Below the pieces are notes generated by a model. The model searched no databases. It saw only the letters and a list, made by a program, of their open reading frames with translations, and was not told the DNA's origin. A program made the position numbers and the translations under genes. Shown piece by piece: positions 25,801 to 33,739 of a stretch of DNA of 64,000 bases. Position 1 is the first letter of the stretch. Each line of letters starts with the position of its first letter. This stretch comes from a virus: positions 14,411-78,410 of the IMG/VR virus record IMGVR_UViG_3300045988_107637; one strand, written 5' to 3'.

Positions 25801-28190
25801 AACAGATTAAGTTAGTGGATGATATTCAGAAGAAGTTCTTGCAGCTTGTGAAAGACACTGGCAATATAACCTATGCTACCGAAAAAGTGAAGGAAGCTTA
25901 CCAAGACTTATTCGACAATGCGTTTAAGGGTGTCAGTGTTGATATTAACGACTTGATTACCTTTGATAAAGGTAGTGCTCCAAAGTTCTATAATAAGATA
26001 GCTGAAACCCTCAAATCGCCAGAAGCTAAACAGTTGGTTGCCGGGAAGAAGGCACAGAGCGAGATTGAATATTCTATCTCTATAAATTCTGCAAGTGTTG
26101 CTTTGGCAAAACGCAAGATTGAGGGAATGTTCCAAGGCTACGAACTGGAATTGGATATTGAAGGTGCTGGGCAGTTCGGTTCACTGTTCGCTGGCTTGTT
26201 TGAATATGACCCAGTTTCACTTGAACAGTTGGAGGCTGATGTTAATGCTACATTGAATAGTTTGAGGGAAAAAGTTTCATCCTTCCAAAAGGAACAGCAG
26301 AAATTACAAGACTTAATCAATCAGAACCCTAACGACACAAGAGTTGACAGTTGGAAAAGCTCTCTTAATACTTTGGTTCAGAATGAGAGTGACGCTTCAA
26401 AAGCTATTGAAGATATTCAGAAAAGGTTAAGCGACACTATCAAGAAAGCTGCATTGGATGATTTTAAGAACTTCCAGTCTATTGCAGATAAGTACGCTGA
26501 AATGGAGGATAAGATAGCAGAGGTCGAAAGAAAACGTTTGGAAGACCAAGCTTCTATCTCCAATAGAGTTGCTGATGCAACTTCTGATTTGGCGAAGCTG
26601 GAATTGCAGTTGTCTGTGACTGAAAGCCCCGATGTAAGAGCGGAGATAGAAAGTGAGATTGAAGAGATACAAAACTTTATAAACGAGAAAGCCCCAAAGC
26701 TCTCTCTTGCTGTTGATACTGGTGCGGAACAAGAAAAGACTAAGATAGCTTTTGAGGAATGGAAGAATACTTCCAATGCTTGGGAGAAGTCGTTTCAAGA
26801 CTTAAGTATTATAGGTACTATCTCTTTAAATCAAATGATTGACGAGATAACTAAGTTTGCAGAGGCTAATAAAGCTAATATGCCAATAGACCAATACAAA
26901 GAACTATTAGCACGGATTAAGGCTTTAAAGACCGAAGTAAATTCTCGTAACCCATTTGCTGCTCTTGCCAACCAAGTTAAAAACTTAAAAGATAAGCTGA
27001 AAGAAAGCGAAAATCCTTTTAAAGACTTATTAGCTAATATAGAAGAACTTGGAATGATGGTAAGTTCTGTAGGGAATATATTTGAGCAGATGGGATTTTC
27101 GGAAGGTGTCACTGATACTATCTCAACAGTAGGAGAAACTATACAAGGAGTTGCCCAAGCTGCTGATGGAGTTAAAGATATAATGTCGGGCAATTTTATT
27201 AGCGGTGGTATAAAGGCTGTTGGTGGTATCTGGAAAGGAGTATCAGCCATATTCAATGCCGGGAACAAGAAAATTACAAGAGAGGTTGAAAAGAGTGAGA
27301 GAAGCGTTAAGCAATTAGAGAACGCTTATAAGAATCTTGAACGTGCTGTTGATAAGTCGATGGGTAAAGCTGAAATTTCAGCGCAGAAGGCAGCTATTGC
27401 AAATCAGAAGGCACAGCTTGCAGAAGTTCAACGTCAGCTTCAACTTGAAAAGAGCCGGAAGAAGAAAAACCGCGACCAAGACAAAATCATAGAATTAGAG
27501 GGTCAAGTTACCGACTTACAGAATGCCATTGATGATGCTACTACCGAAATAGTAAATAATTTGCTCGGTACAGATGTGAAGTCTGCCGCAGAAAGCTTTG
27601 CCGATTCTTGGATTTCAGCTTGGAAGGAAGGAACTGATACAATGGCAAATTTAGAGGAGAGCTTCGATGATTTAATAACAAATATGATTGTCAAGTCGCT
27701 TGCTTCTACGATTGTCGGAGAACGGTTAAAGAGCATGTTTGCTATGGTTAAGAGATTTACCGAAGAAAACTCTGCTGGCGGTGTAGGTATCACCACCGAA
27801 GAAGCCAAACAGATAGCTGACTTGGGTAAAGAGCTAATTCCTTTGATAAACGAGGACTTAAAAAACTTGATGGGACAACTTGGTATTGAGTTTGGTAGTG
27901 GAGTAAAAGATGCAGCACTATCCTCGTTACAGAAAGGAATACAAGGCATAACAGAAGAACAAGCTGGTGCATTGGAAGCCTATATGAATATGGTAAGCCA
28001 GCAAGTATTCCAGCAAACTACTATCATGCAAGGCATATGGGATATGACTAATGTCAATGCAGGCACAATGTCGCAGATGTTGCTTCAAATGCGTAGTAGC
28101 TATCAGATACTTCAAGCCATTCAAGTTTGGACGGTAAATATTTCTACTGCCGCAGGAAATGGTGTAAATGTTAGGATATTACCCGATTAA
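22854..28190 (+). CDS. tape measure protein (1778 aa)
   Basis: Very long and coiled-coil-rich, with central hydrophobic helices (VLFYTGLGALTGFV, VVATALGVYKTAQIAVATVQLAA, AVIIAGLAALGVAIYQAY). Position is canonical. Confidence 0.85.
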   Translation: MADNKDVVISASMSDKDLLSSIDETLKKTEKRLEDFTNKLEGKLASVEGFADQLGKNIGKGLVDGFNQQIRPLETKISELEAKLKSLGATNIAQGNTAATQATTTNVSVDVNSMNQALQVANNLREVFSKIQGNTTRIKNNMEQLATVKTDVQEARINVHVAQREKLLQREILLRQQTANLAARIAREEEKSRISQGGQSYEKAMAMGNKSIQERTEKLKALQIVQRNLSTDDAEYAMKLRNVNKAMEDLKKQNAEALSSGIQLQKANNSLAESFKNLGKRVLFYTGLGALTGFVKSLMDVRGQYELLERSIGAVLGDFEKGSQIFREQQELALKSPFTVLDLAGATKQLTAYNFEAEELVDVSRRMADISAALGVPMERLTYNLGQIRAQTVLTARDARDFANAGLSITTELAKMYTEQEERIVSVGDVMDRMSNKMVSFTDVMKVLNRYTDEGGMFYDFQAKQAETLAGQLSNLTDAYDFMLNEIGKENQGMLTGSISLVRSLFENWRSVANILTVVATALGVYKTAQIAVATVQLAANMNLRKYSEYLVIARKALRDKAAATRLAEASTQNLNKTLLAVAKNPYAVIIAGLAALGVAIYQAYTNATKFRKELESITAGGLINAQQMTSDFDALVKKLNESEKGSRNFSDALKEINNTYGSYLPNMLTEINYASELAKNYNKVVYAIYNKAKSQALEKSYQVITEKYSEQQQDAIANIIEKMTEGGISKVNAQEITRNFVASLDKGLSKGETYMARFYSISKKYLGGSTAEMEKLNPVVQSLFGSSGSIDKLGKAITEQKKAIQEVREASDIISNRPTYSSVIEGQAIDNINEKYKKLEQNQKNEKLRLIELQAAYKKLGNTYMYDQITEQLQKYNVELKDWQKNVNSIVQKAGGGAGAGFAIKQDEDIWSYIDRLKKEYRSLTAQQEEISKGLTASPEEKEYVANRLKVARQIASALNLDLSTQKEMNKAKKEEMDLLKQQIKLVDDIQKKFLQLVKDTGNITYATEKVKEAYQDLFDNAFKGVSVDINDLITFDKGSAPKFYNKIAETLKSPEAKQLVAGKKAQSEIEYSISINSASVALAKRKIEGMFQGYELELDIEGAGQFGSLFAGLFEYDPVSLEQLEADVNATLNSLREKVSSFQKEQQKLQDLINQNPNDTRVDSWKSSLNTLVQNESDASKAIEDIQKRLSDTIKKAALDDFKNFQSIADKYAEMEDKIAEVERKRLEDQASISNRVADATSDLAKLELQLSVTESPDVRAEIESEIEEIQNFINEKAPKLSLAVDTGAEQEKTKIAFEEWKNTSNAWEKSFQDLSIIGTISLNQMIDEITKFAEANKANMPIDQYKELLARIKALKTEVNSRNPFAALANQVKNLKDKLKESENPFKDLLANIEELGMMVSSVGNIFEQMGFSEGVTDTISTVGETIQGVAQAADGVKDIMSGNFISGGIKAVGGIWKGVSAIFNAGNKKITREVEKSERSVKQLENAYKNLERAVDKSMGKAEISAQKAAIANQKAQLAEVQRQLQLEKSRKKKNRDQDKIIELEGQVTDLQNAIDDATTEIVNNLLGTDVKSAAESFADSWISAWKEGTDTMANLEESFDDLITNMIVKSLASTIVGERLKSMFAMVKRFTEENSAGGVGITTEEAKQIADLGKELIPLINEDLKNLMGQLGIEFGSGVKDAALSSLQKGIQGITEEQAGALEAYMNMVSQQVFQQTTIMQGIWDMTNVNAGTMSQMLLQMRSSYQILQAIQVWTVNISTAAGNGVNVRILPD

Positions 28191-28194
28191 TTAG

Positions 28195-28202
28195 TATATT
28201 TG
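28195..28202 (+). promoter_or_regulatory. Bacteroides-type -7 box (TATATTTG) for the Ant moron
   Basis: Matches TAnnTTTG, 5 nt after the tape measure stop. Confidence 0.4.
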
Positions 28203-28206
28203 TAGT

Positions 28207-28267
28207 GAGGGAGATAGATAGAGGTAGCTCCTCTATTGAAAGTAGTGGCGACTTCTACTTCTCTCTC
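28207..28267 (+). promoter_or_regulatory. structured 5' leader (two hairpins closed by an 8-bp stem)
   Basis: GAGGGAGA...TCTCTCTC encloses ATAGAGG-TAGCT-CCTCTAT and AGTAG-N9-CTACT. Starts where the predicted transcript would start. Confidence 0.4.
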
Positions 28268-28302
28268 ATTATTATTAACAAGTCGTATAAACAGTCGTAA
28301 AT

Positions 28303-28992
28303 ATGAAAGAGCTAATTAAAATTTCAGAGAGAGAAGGAAAGCAAGTAGTTTCGGCAAGAGAGTTGTATATTGGACTTGGATTAGATAAATCTAATTGGTC
28401 GAGATGGGCAACTCAAAACATAGTTGAAGATGATTTCTTTAAAGAGAATGAGGATTGGGTAGGGTTCGTCACAATGACGAACGGTAATGAAACTAAGGAT
28501 TATGCTATCACAATAGACTTTGCTAAACATATTGCAATGATGGCAAGAACTCCTTTAAGTTATGATTATAGGAACTACTTTCTTGAATGTGAAAAGAAAG
28601 CTATTTCTGGTATCACATTGCCTAACTTCAATAATCCGGCAGAAGCCGCAAGAGCATGGGCTTTGGAGTATGAAGCAAAACAGCAGGCGTTACTTGAAGC
28701 TAAGGAGGCACAAGACAATGTTAAACGCTTGGTGCATGATTCTAAAACTTATACTGCTGGCGAGATTGCAAAGGAAGTTGGTTTGAGGTCTGCAATAGAA
28801 CTTAACAATCGGTTAGCTAAGATGGAAGTTCAGTTCAAGCAAAACGGCACATGGCTGTTGTATGCGAAGTATGCTGACTTAGGTTACACTTCTGTTAAGC
28901 AAACTGTTTTGGATAACGGACGTATTATTTATGACAGAAGGTGGACGGGTGCTGGACGAGATTTTATTGTTTCCTTGTTTAAAGAAGAATGA
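28303..28992 (+). CDS. antirepressor-type protein (AntA/Bro-like N-terminus plus KilA-C domain)
   Basis: N-terminus KQVVSARELYIGLGLDKSNWSRWATQNI. The C-terminal part (TAGEIAKEVGLRSAIELNNRLAKMEV...WLLYAKYADLGY) matches the KilAC pattern. Confidence 0.7.
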   Translation: MKELIKISEREGKQVVSARELYIGLGLDKSNWSRWATQNIVEDDFFKENEDWVGFVTMTNGNETKDYAITIDFAKHIAMMARTPLSYDYRNYFLECEKKAISGITLPNFNNPAEAARAWALEYEAKQQALLEAKEAQDNVKRLVHDSKTYTAGEIAKEVGLRSAIELNNRLAKMEVQFKQNGTWLLYAKYADLGYTSVKQTVLDNGRIIYDRRWTGAGRDFIVSLFKEE

Positions 28993-29570
28993 TGGAGCAT
29001 AACTTACTATACTTTTACAAAAACTCTTTGTTACGGGACTTGTGTAGCGAGTACAACAAAGAGTGGAAAGCCTGCAAGGAGGATAGAGAGAAGCTGATGC
29101 AGCTTGCCTTGCAGCAACAGAGTATTCCATATATGGCAACTTCAATGTATGAAGGCTGGGGAATGTCCGTTGACTTTTTAAAAAGGGAGTTTGCTGACTA
29201 TATAAACGGAAAGCACACCTTTAATGATGTTGATGGAGTTGATGGTTATACTTACTCTATGTGGGTAGATAATCACGATTATATAACCTTAAAAGAGGAC
29301 GTTTCTCACTTCGTCCAATGTGATAGCCGCATATCGGTACAAGAAACTAAATGCCCAACTATATATATATCTAACAAGTCTAATGTTCACTTGGAATTAG
29401 ACGGATTCAATGCCATACGTATCTATCTGTTTGATGAAAGTGTTTTGATTATTGACTATGTAGACGTACACAGTAATGTTGTAGTCTATATGTATTCTCC
29501 CAAATGTGAAGTGAAGGTTTTAGAGAATGATGGTAAAGTAAAAATGTTCACTAAAGATTTAAGACTGTAA
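28989..29570 (+). CDS. hypothetical protein (193 aa)
   Basis: ORF track. ATGA overlap with the upstream gene and TAATG overlap with the downstream gene. Confidence 0.55.
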   Translation: MMEHNLLYFYKNSLLRDLCSEYNKEWKACKEDREKLMQLALQQQSIPYMATSMYEGWGMSVDFLKREFADYINGKHTFNDVDGVDGYTYSMWVDNHDYITLKEDVSHFVQCDSRISVQETKCPTIYISNKSNVHLELDGFNAIRIYLFDESVLIIDYVDVHSNVVVYMYSPKCEVKVLENDGKVKMFTKDLRL

Positions 29571-30025
29571 TGATAGGAGCAAATATATATTTCGTAAAAG
29601 CTGGTATCGAAAACTATACTGACTTTACAGTCAAATGGAAAGGTCTTCGTATATTGAAGATGGACGGCTTTCTTGCACAAGGAGAACCCAAGAATATCTA
29701 TACGGCTTCTTGGATTAACAGCAACAAGGAAGATGTCTATGTCCCGGACAAAGTATGTTATGAAAATCCCGATGTAGAGATTTCGTTTATCATAGATGAT
29801 TTTCACGATAGTACGATTGATGTCCGTGCGGTTCACAAGAACTTCATTAGTTATATGACAAGTCATCAAGTGACTATCAAATCTGAATATGCTGGTGCAG
29901 AAAGTAAGTTTGTATGTTTGGATTCTTACGAACCTACAACTATAATAGTTAATCGTCCTACTGGTCGGAACTATATTATGGGTACTTTGAAGATGCACCG
30001 TGTAGACGAGAATACTTATCTTTAA
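29570..30025 (+). CDS. hypothetical protein, possible distal tail component
   Basis: 151 aa, coupled to the upstream ORF. Function is guessed from position only. Confidence 0.45.
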   Translation: MIGANIYFVKAGIENYTDFTVKWKGLRILKMDGFLAQGEPKNIYTASWINSNKEDVYVPDKVCYENPDVEISFIIDDFHDSTIDVRAVHKNFISYMTSHQVTIKSEYAGAESKFVCLDSYEPTTIIVNRPTGRNYIMGTLKMHRVDENTYL

Positions 30026-30055
30026 CTTTTAAACTTTAGTTTTAAATAATGATTT

Positions 30056-30415
30056 ATGAATTTTATCATAGATTGTCAAATTTATCCTTTTCATATAATG
30101 GTACATTTTGGAAATAAAAAAGACTTAATTATGAATTTGAAAAAATACGGTATAAATCTTTCACAAAAAGATATAAAAGGTAAATATAAAAGTCTATTTC
30201 TAAATGATAATCAGACTATACTATACATGGATATTATACCTAAAACTATAGATGAATTATCTATTTTGCAACATGAAATTTTCCATTGTGTAATGTTTAT
30301 ATTGGATAAAATTGGAATAAAATTGTCATATAAAACAGATGAAATTTATGCCTATCTTATCCAATATATAACTAAACAAATTTACCTTAAAATATCTCCT
30401 ACTTCTTTTTCTTAA
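30056..30415 (+). CDS. small HExxH (zinc metallopeptidase-like) protein
   Basis: 119 aa with LQHEIFHCV. The local sequence is visibly more AT-rich than its neighbours, which looks moron-like. Confidence 0.45.
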   Translation: MNFIIDCQIYPFHIMVHFGNKKDLIMNLKKYGINLSQKDIKGKYKSLFLNDNQTILYMDIIPKTIDELSILQHEIFHCVMFILDKIGIKLSYKTDEIYAYLIQYITKQIYLKISPTSFS

Positions 30416-30530
30416 TCGTAGAAGGTGTTTTAATGGTTTCTACTATAACTGCCTTAATAAAAAAGCACCTACTTCGCAGCAGATGCTTAAAAAATGAAAA
30501 AATACAAATCACGTAACCAAATCGTGATAC

Positions 30531-30560
30531 ACAGAGTTGTTGCAGCAACTCTGTTTTTTT
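30531..30560 (+). terminator. rho-independent terminator ending the plus-strand arm
   Basis: ACAGAGTTG-TTGCAG-CAACTCTGT followed by T7. Confidence 0.75.
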
Positions 30561-30678
30561 AAAGCGGACGAGCGCATCTCGGAATTAATAAATCACAATT
30601 ATGGCTAAATACATCATTGAGATTGAAATGCGCTCAATCCACTGCAAATATATGAAAACTTATTGATATAAGCAAGAT

Positions 30679-32046
30679 TTATAATGGGTCTAACATTCTA
30701 ACTGTTATGGAAGCTCCTTTTTTATCAATATTTACCCCATTTACTCCAAATCTAACCCATATTCCTAATACTGGTTGAATATTATTAGTAGTAGTATAAG
30801 AAGGTAAATTATTTAAGAATGCAGATAAAGCAGTTCTTGTTCCTCCCGTATAGCTATCTCTTGCTGTTATTCTGTAAGTTCCAGCACTTGCAACAGATGT
30901 TACAGCAGTCCATGTCCCATTTTTCATCATTTCAATAGAGCCGGATTGATTAATATAAACAGTTTCTAATCCTAAATATACATTAGAAGCATTTAATAAT
31001 TTTCCAGTAGAGTTATAGGAAAAATCAAATATTACAGTCATACCACAAGAATAACTATTCTTAGGTTTAGTCCAAACACTTATTCCACCTTCATTCAATG
31101 CAAAATTTCTATTTCCTGCATCGCTATTATAATACATTACATATCCACCCGTAACTTTTACATTATAAACCTCAGAAGCATTTTTTATATTAATAGTAAT
31201 TTTCTCTCCTTCTGGCATACAAAAGGCTCTTCCTCCTCCTAAAAAACGAAAGTATTTGCCTGCTGGGTCAGTCGTTACATAAGTTAGATTATAGCCTATG
31301 AACGGAATAGCATTTAATGTTTTTACATTCTTATCAATAGCTGATTTTATGTACTGTTTTACTCTATCTGACAATGATAGATTAATAATCATTTTAGAAA
31401 TATCAGCAGAAGAACTTAAAGAGGTAATAGCCTTCTCGTGTGAAGCATATTGAACAATATAACCTCCATTTTCATGTGGGAAATATATTGCTAATCCAAA
31501 TCTCCAATTACCATTTGAAATTGGCATTCCACTTATTATAGTAAGTTGATTTAATGGAATTTCTATTCCTGAAGTATCTCCAATACCTTCCCAAGAACTA
31601 TCTCCAAATTTAGCATTAAATGTATAGGTAGGCAAGCTATTTATTTCATCACTATAAATAGTTATATTTTTAAATCCAGAAGCAGGGGCTTTTGCTGAAT
31701 GATTATATCCAAAATTAGTAGGATAGTCTTCATTTAAAAAGTCAGTTGCCCTATAGTATTCATTAGGTTTTGTATATCCCCATTTCCCAGTAGTAGGTAT
31801 TGAACTTACCATTTCTTTTACTAAAGCTGAAACTTCATAACAAGACAATCCATAATTTGTAGATTTTCTTTCTGATGAAGTTAACTCGCCAAATTTAGCA
31901 TATCTAACTGGTTTATACTTTGCAAATTTATTAATAGAATCTGCTTTACATAGTGTTCCTAAATCGGTACTTGAATAACCTATTGCTGCTGGTATATCTA
32001 CTCCAATATTTAATGGAGCTATTAATCTTCCACTATTAACTGACAT
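30679..32046 (-). CDS. receptor-binding / tail-spike-type protein, paralog 1
   Basis: ATG at 32046 preceded by AAAGGAGG (the track start at 32064 is a TTG). The N-terminus SGRLIAPLNIG...SSTDLGTLCKADSINKFAKYKPV is shared with paralogs 2 and 3. The C-terminus is unrelated. Confidence 0.6.
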   Translation of the reverse strand: MSVNSGRLIAPLNIGVDIPAAIGYSSTDLGTLCKADSINKFAKYKPVRYAKFGELTSSERKSTNYGLSCYEVSALVKEMVSSIPTTGKWGYTKPNEYYRATDFLNEDYPTNFGYNHSAKAPASGFKNITIYSDEINSLPTYTFNAKFGDSSWEGIGDTSGIEIPLNQLTIISGMPISNGNWRFGLAIYFPHENGGYIVQYASHEKAITSLSSSADISKMIINLSLSDRVKQYIKSAIDKNVKTLNAIPFIGYNLTYVTTDPAGKYFRFLGGGRAFCMPEGEKITINIKNASEVYNVKVTGGYVMYYNSDAGNRNFALNEGGISVWTKPKNSYSCGMTVIFDFSYNSTGKLLNASNVYLGLETVYINQSGSIEMMKNGTWTAVTSVASAGTYRITARDSYTGGTRTALSAFLNNLPSYTTTNNIQPVLGIWVRFGVNGVNIDKKGASITVRMLDPL

Positions 32047-32263
32047 AGTTACCTCCTTTCGCAACTACTGCACCAAGCACAACCACACACAAAGAGCGAC
32101 AATCGAAAGATTCTACATTCAAGTCCCCTTCAATTATCGCTGCTTCACTAACATTAAAATGTTCTTCTAACTGTTCAAGTGAGGTACTAAAAATCCCCCC
32201 CCCAGTTATATTGTTGGTAACCAACAAGTTACCTTTAATTAATAAATCTACTTTCTTTTTCAT
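32036..32263 (-). CDS. small ORF (75 aa) containing a G9 tract, stop overlapping the paralog-1 start
   Basis: ATG start. ACT GGG GGG GGG ATT is read in frame. Its TAA at 32036-32038 lies 6 nt inside the downstream gene. Confidence 0.45.
   Translation of the reverse strand: MKKKVDLLIKGNLLVTNNITGGGIFSTSLEQLEEHFNVSEAAIIEGDLNVESFDCRSLCVVVLGAVVAKGGNYVS
32195..32203. repeat. homopolymer C9 (G9 on the coding strand)
   Basis: Counted directly. Unusual in this AT-rich sequence. Confidence 0.9.
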
Positions 32264-32368
32264 ATCTACTATTATTATCTATCATAAACTCTTGTATAGA
32301 ATGAACCTACCATTGAGCTACTTTCTGCCTTTCCGGGAAGGTTCTAAAAATATAGTTGTTGATGTTTA

Positions 32369-33535
32369 CTAATTGCACCTGTAATTAAGTTCAAACCTTA
32401 TAATCCTATTTTGATTGTAACCGTTGATTTTTGCTTCTGCATAGAACACGTTTGTGCGAGTGTTATATGACGAATAATTGTTTCCAATCATTCTTGTTTT
32501 AAAATACAAAGTCACCGAGCCATTTGCAGGTATGTCTACGGAATAGACCTGCTGTTTGTTAGAATTGTACATCTTCAAATCTTCGTTGTATGTCTCGGTT
32601 TCTGGATTTCCGTTAACATCATATCCGTGGAAGGTGAAATCTGTCACATTGACGGTAACTTTCGTACTACGACTGTTTGAACATGTAGTCTTCCAATACT
32701 CCGAATAATCTCCGTTATAAGATACGACAAAAGGCGTAGTCATGTAATAATCTTCCGTCTGGTACGCTCCGTTGAGTTCGTTTGACATGTATTGGTCTTT
32801 GAACGTGATTCCGCTACCGATTTCTGTGTAATTTACTACCGCCGAATTGGTCTTTCCCGTGTAGTTTGGAACCGAATAGCATTGTATTACGGTAGGAAAT
32901 GTGGATAACGAAGGATAGTTTTCGGTCGTTAGGAACTGCTCAATCGTAAAACTCGATTTTCCTACGCTTTTGGGATTTAGTACACATGCCAATAACTGGC
33001 TATCGCCTATCACATCAGCTACCGTTTTCTTGCTTGTAAGTATTTTGTTGCCGTCAATCCGCAAGCCAAGCCGCATTTTCATCAATAACGGCAAATCTTT
33101 AGCATTAAGATTGTATTGCCCGTACCTTTCCCATAGCAACGCACCAATGTACAAATCACCAGTTTCAGAATCGCAGTCATATTTCGGATTGAGATTTCCG
33201 GAAATTATAAATTCCGATACATGGTTATACTTATCAAAGTCGGTCAACCGATACGGTTCTGAATCTCCGCCTCTTGGGGCTGCGTGGCTCCATGGCGTAT
33301 TAATCACGCTGTCAAGCGAGGAAGAGGAAGGTATGTGTAATCCATATTGTGCTTCATTGAATTCGCTTTCATAAAGTTCATTGAACATCGGCACTCTTAC
33401 CGGTTTGTACTTCGCCCACATATTAATCTTCTCGCTCTTGCACAGTGTACCCAAGTCATAGCTTGAAACGCCTAAAACAGTACGCACATCTTCTATGCTT
33501 ACTGGTGCTGTAATCTTTCCTCCGCTATTTGACAT
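32369..33535 (-). CDS. receptor-binding / tail-spike-type protein, paralog 2
   Basis: 388 aa with an ATG start. N-terminus GGKITAPVSIEDVRTVLGVSSYDLGTLCKSEKINMWAKYKPV. Confidence 0.6.
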   Translation of the reverse strand: MSNSGGKITAPVSIEDVRTVLGVSSYDLGTLCKSEKINMWAKYKPVRVPMFNELYESEFNEAQYGLHIPSSSSLDSVINTPWSHAAPRGGDSEPYRLTDFDKYNHVSEFIISGNLNPKYDCDSETGDLYIGALLWERYGQYNLNAKDLPLLMKMRLGLRIDGNKILTSKKTVADVIGDSQLLACVLNPKSVGKSSFTIEQFLTTENYPSLSTFPTVIQCYSVPNYTGKTNSAVVNYTEIGSGITFKDQYMSNELNGAYQTEDYYMTTPFVVSYNGDYSEYWKTTCSNSRSTKVTVNVTDFTFHGYDVNGNPETETYNEDLKMYNSNKQQVYSVDIPANGSVTLYFKTRMIGNNYSSYNTRTNVFYAEAKINGYNQNRIIRFELNYRCN

Positions 33536-33543
33536 ATCACAAG

Positions 33544-33567
33544 TATTTAGTTCTAAGAGAACTTGGT
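33544..33567. repeat. left inverted repeat of the putative invertible promoter (TATTTAGTTCTAAGAGAACTTGGT)
   Basis: Perfect 24-nt reverse complement of 33708-33731. Contains the 15-bp palindrome AGTTCTAAGAGAACT. Lies 8 nt from the paralog-2 start codon. Confidence 0.85.
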
Positions 33568-33575
33568 GGCTTGCA

Positions 33576-33601
33576 TTTGTGAATAATTATGTTTATCTTT
33601 G
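33576..33601 (+). promoter_or_regulatory. promoter-like element inside the IR-flanked segment (TTTG ... TATCTTTG)
   Basis: TATCTTTG at 33594-33601 matches TAnnTTTG and faces the plus-strand paralog. The TTTG at 33576 is only 14 nt upstream, which is shorter than the consensus spacing. Confidence 0.45.
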
Positions 33602-33707
33602 TGTAAAAGTTTAATCTACAACGCATTATATAGAATGATATGAAAAAGGATGTGAGAGTTGTTAACGGCTTCAATGCTGCCACGGGTAGCTCAAAGCCAT
33701 GTTTCTT

Positions 33708-33731
33708 ACCAAGTTCTCTTAGAACTAAATA
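33708..33731. repeat. right inverted repeat of the putative invertible promoter
   Basis: ACCAAGTTCTCTTAGAACTAAATA. Lies 8 nt from the paralog-3 start codon. Confidence 0.85.
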
Positions 33732-33739
33732 GTTTATTT

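Noticed and set aside
22664-28124. Minus-strand and alternate-frame ORFs inside the tape measure gene (for example 22664-23257, 26417-26798, 26831-27268, 27503-27949)
   Set aside because: They are shadow frames of a 5.3-kb repetitive coiled-coil gene, Ser/Leu-rich and overlapping one another.
33659-33739. N-terminal extension of paralog 3 from the TTG at 33659
   Set aside because: The extension runs through the right inverted repeat and the switch segment and has no homology to the other paralogs. Homology begins right at the ATG at 33740.
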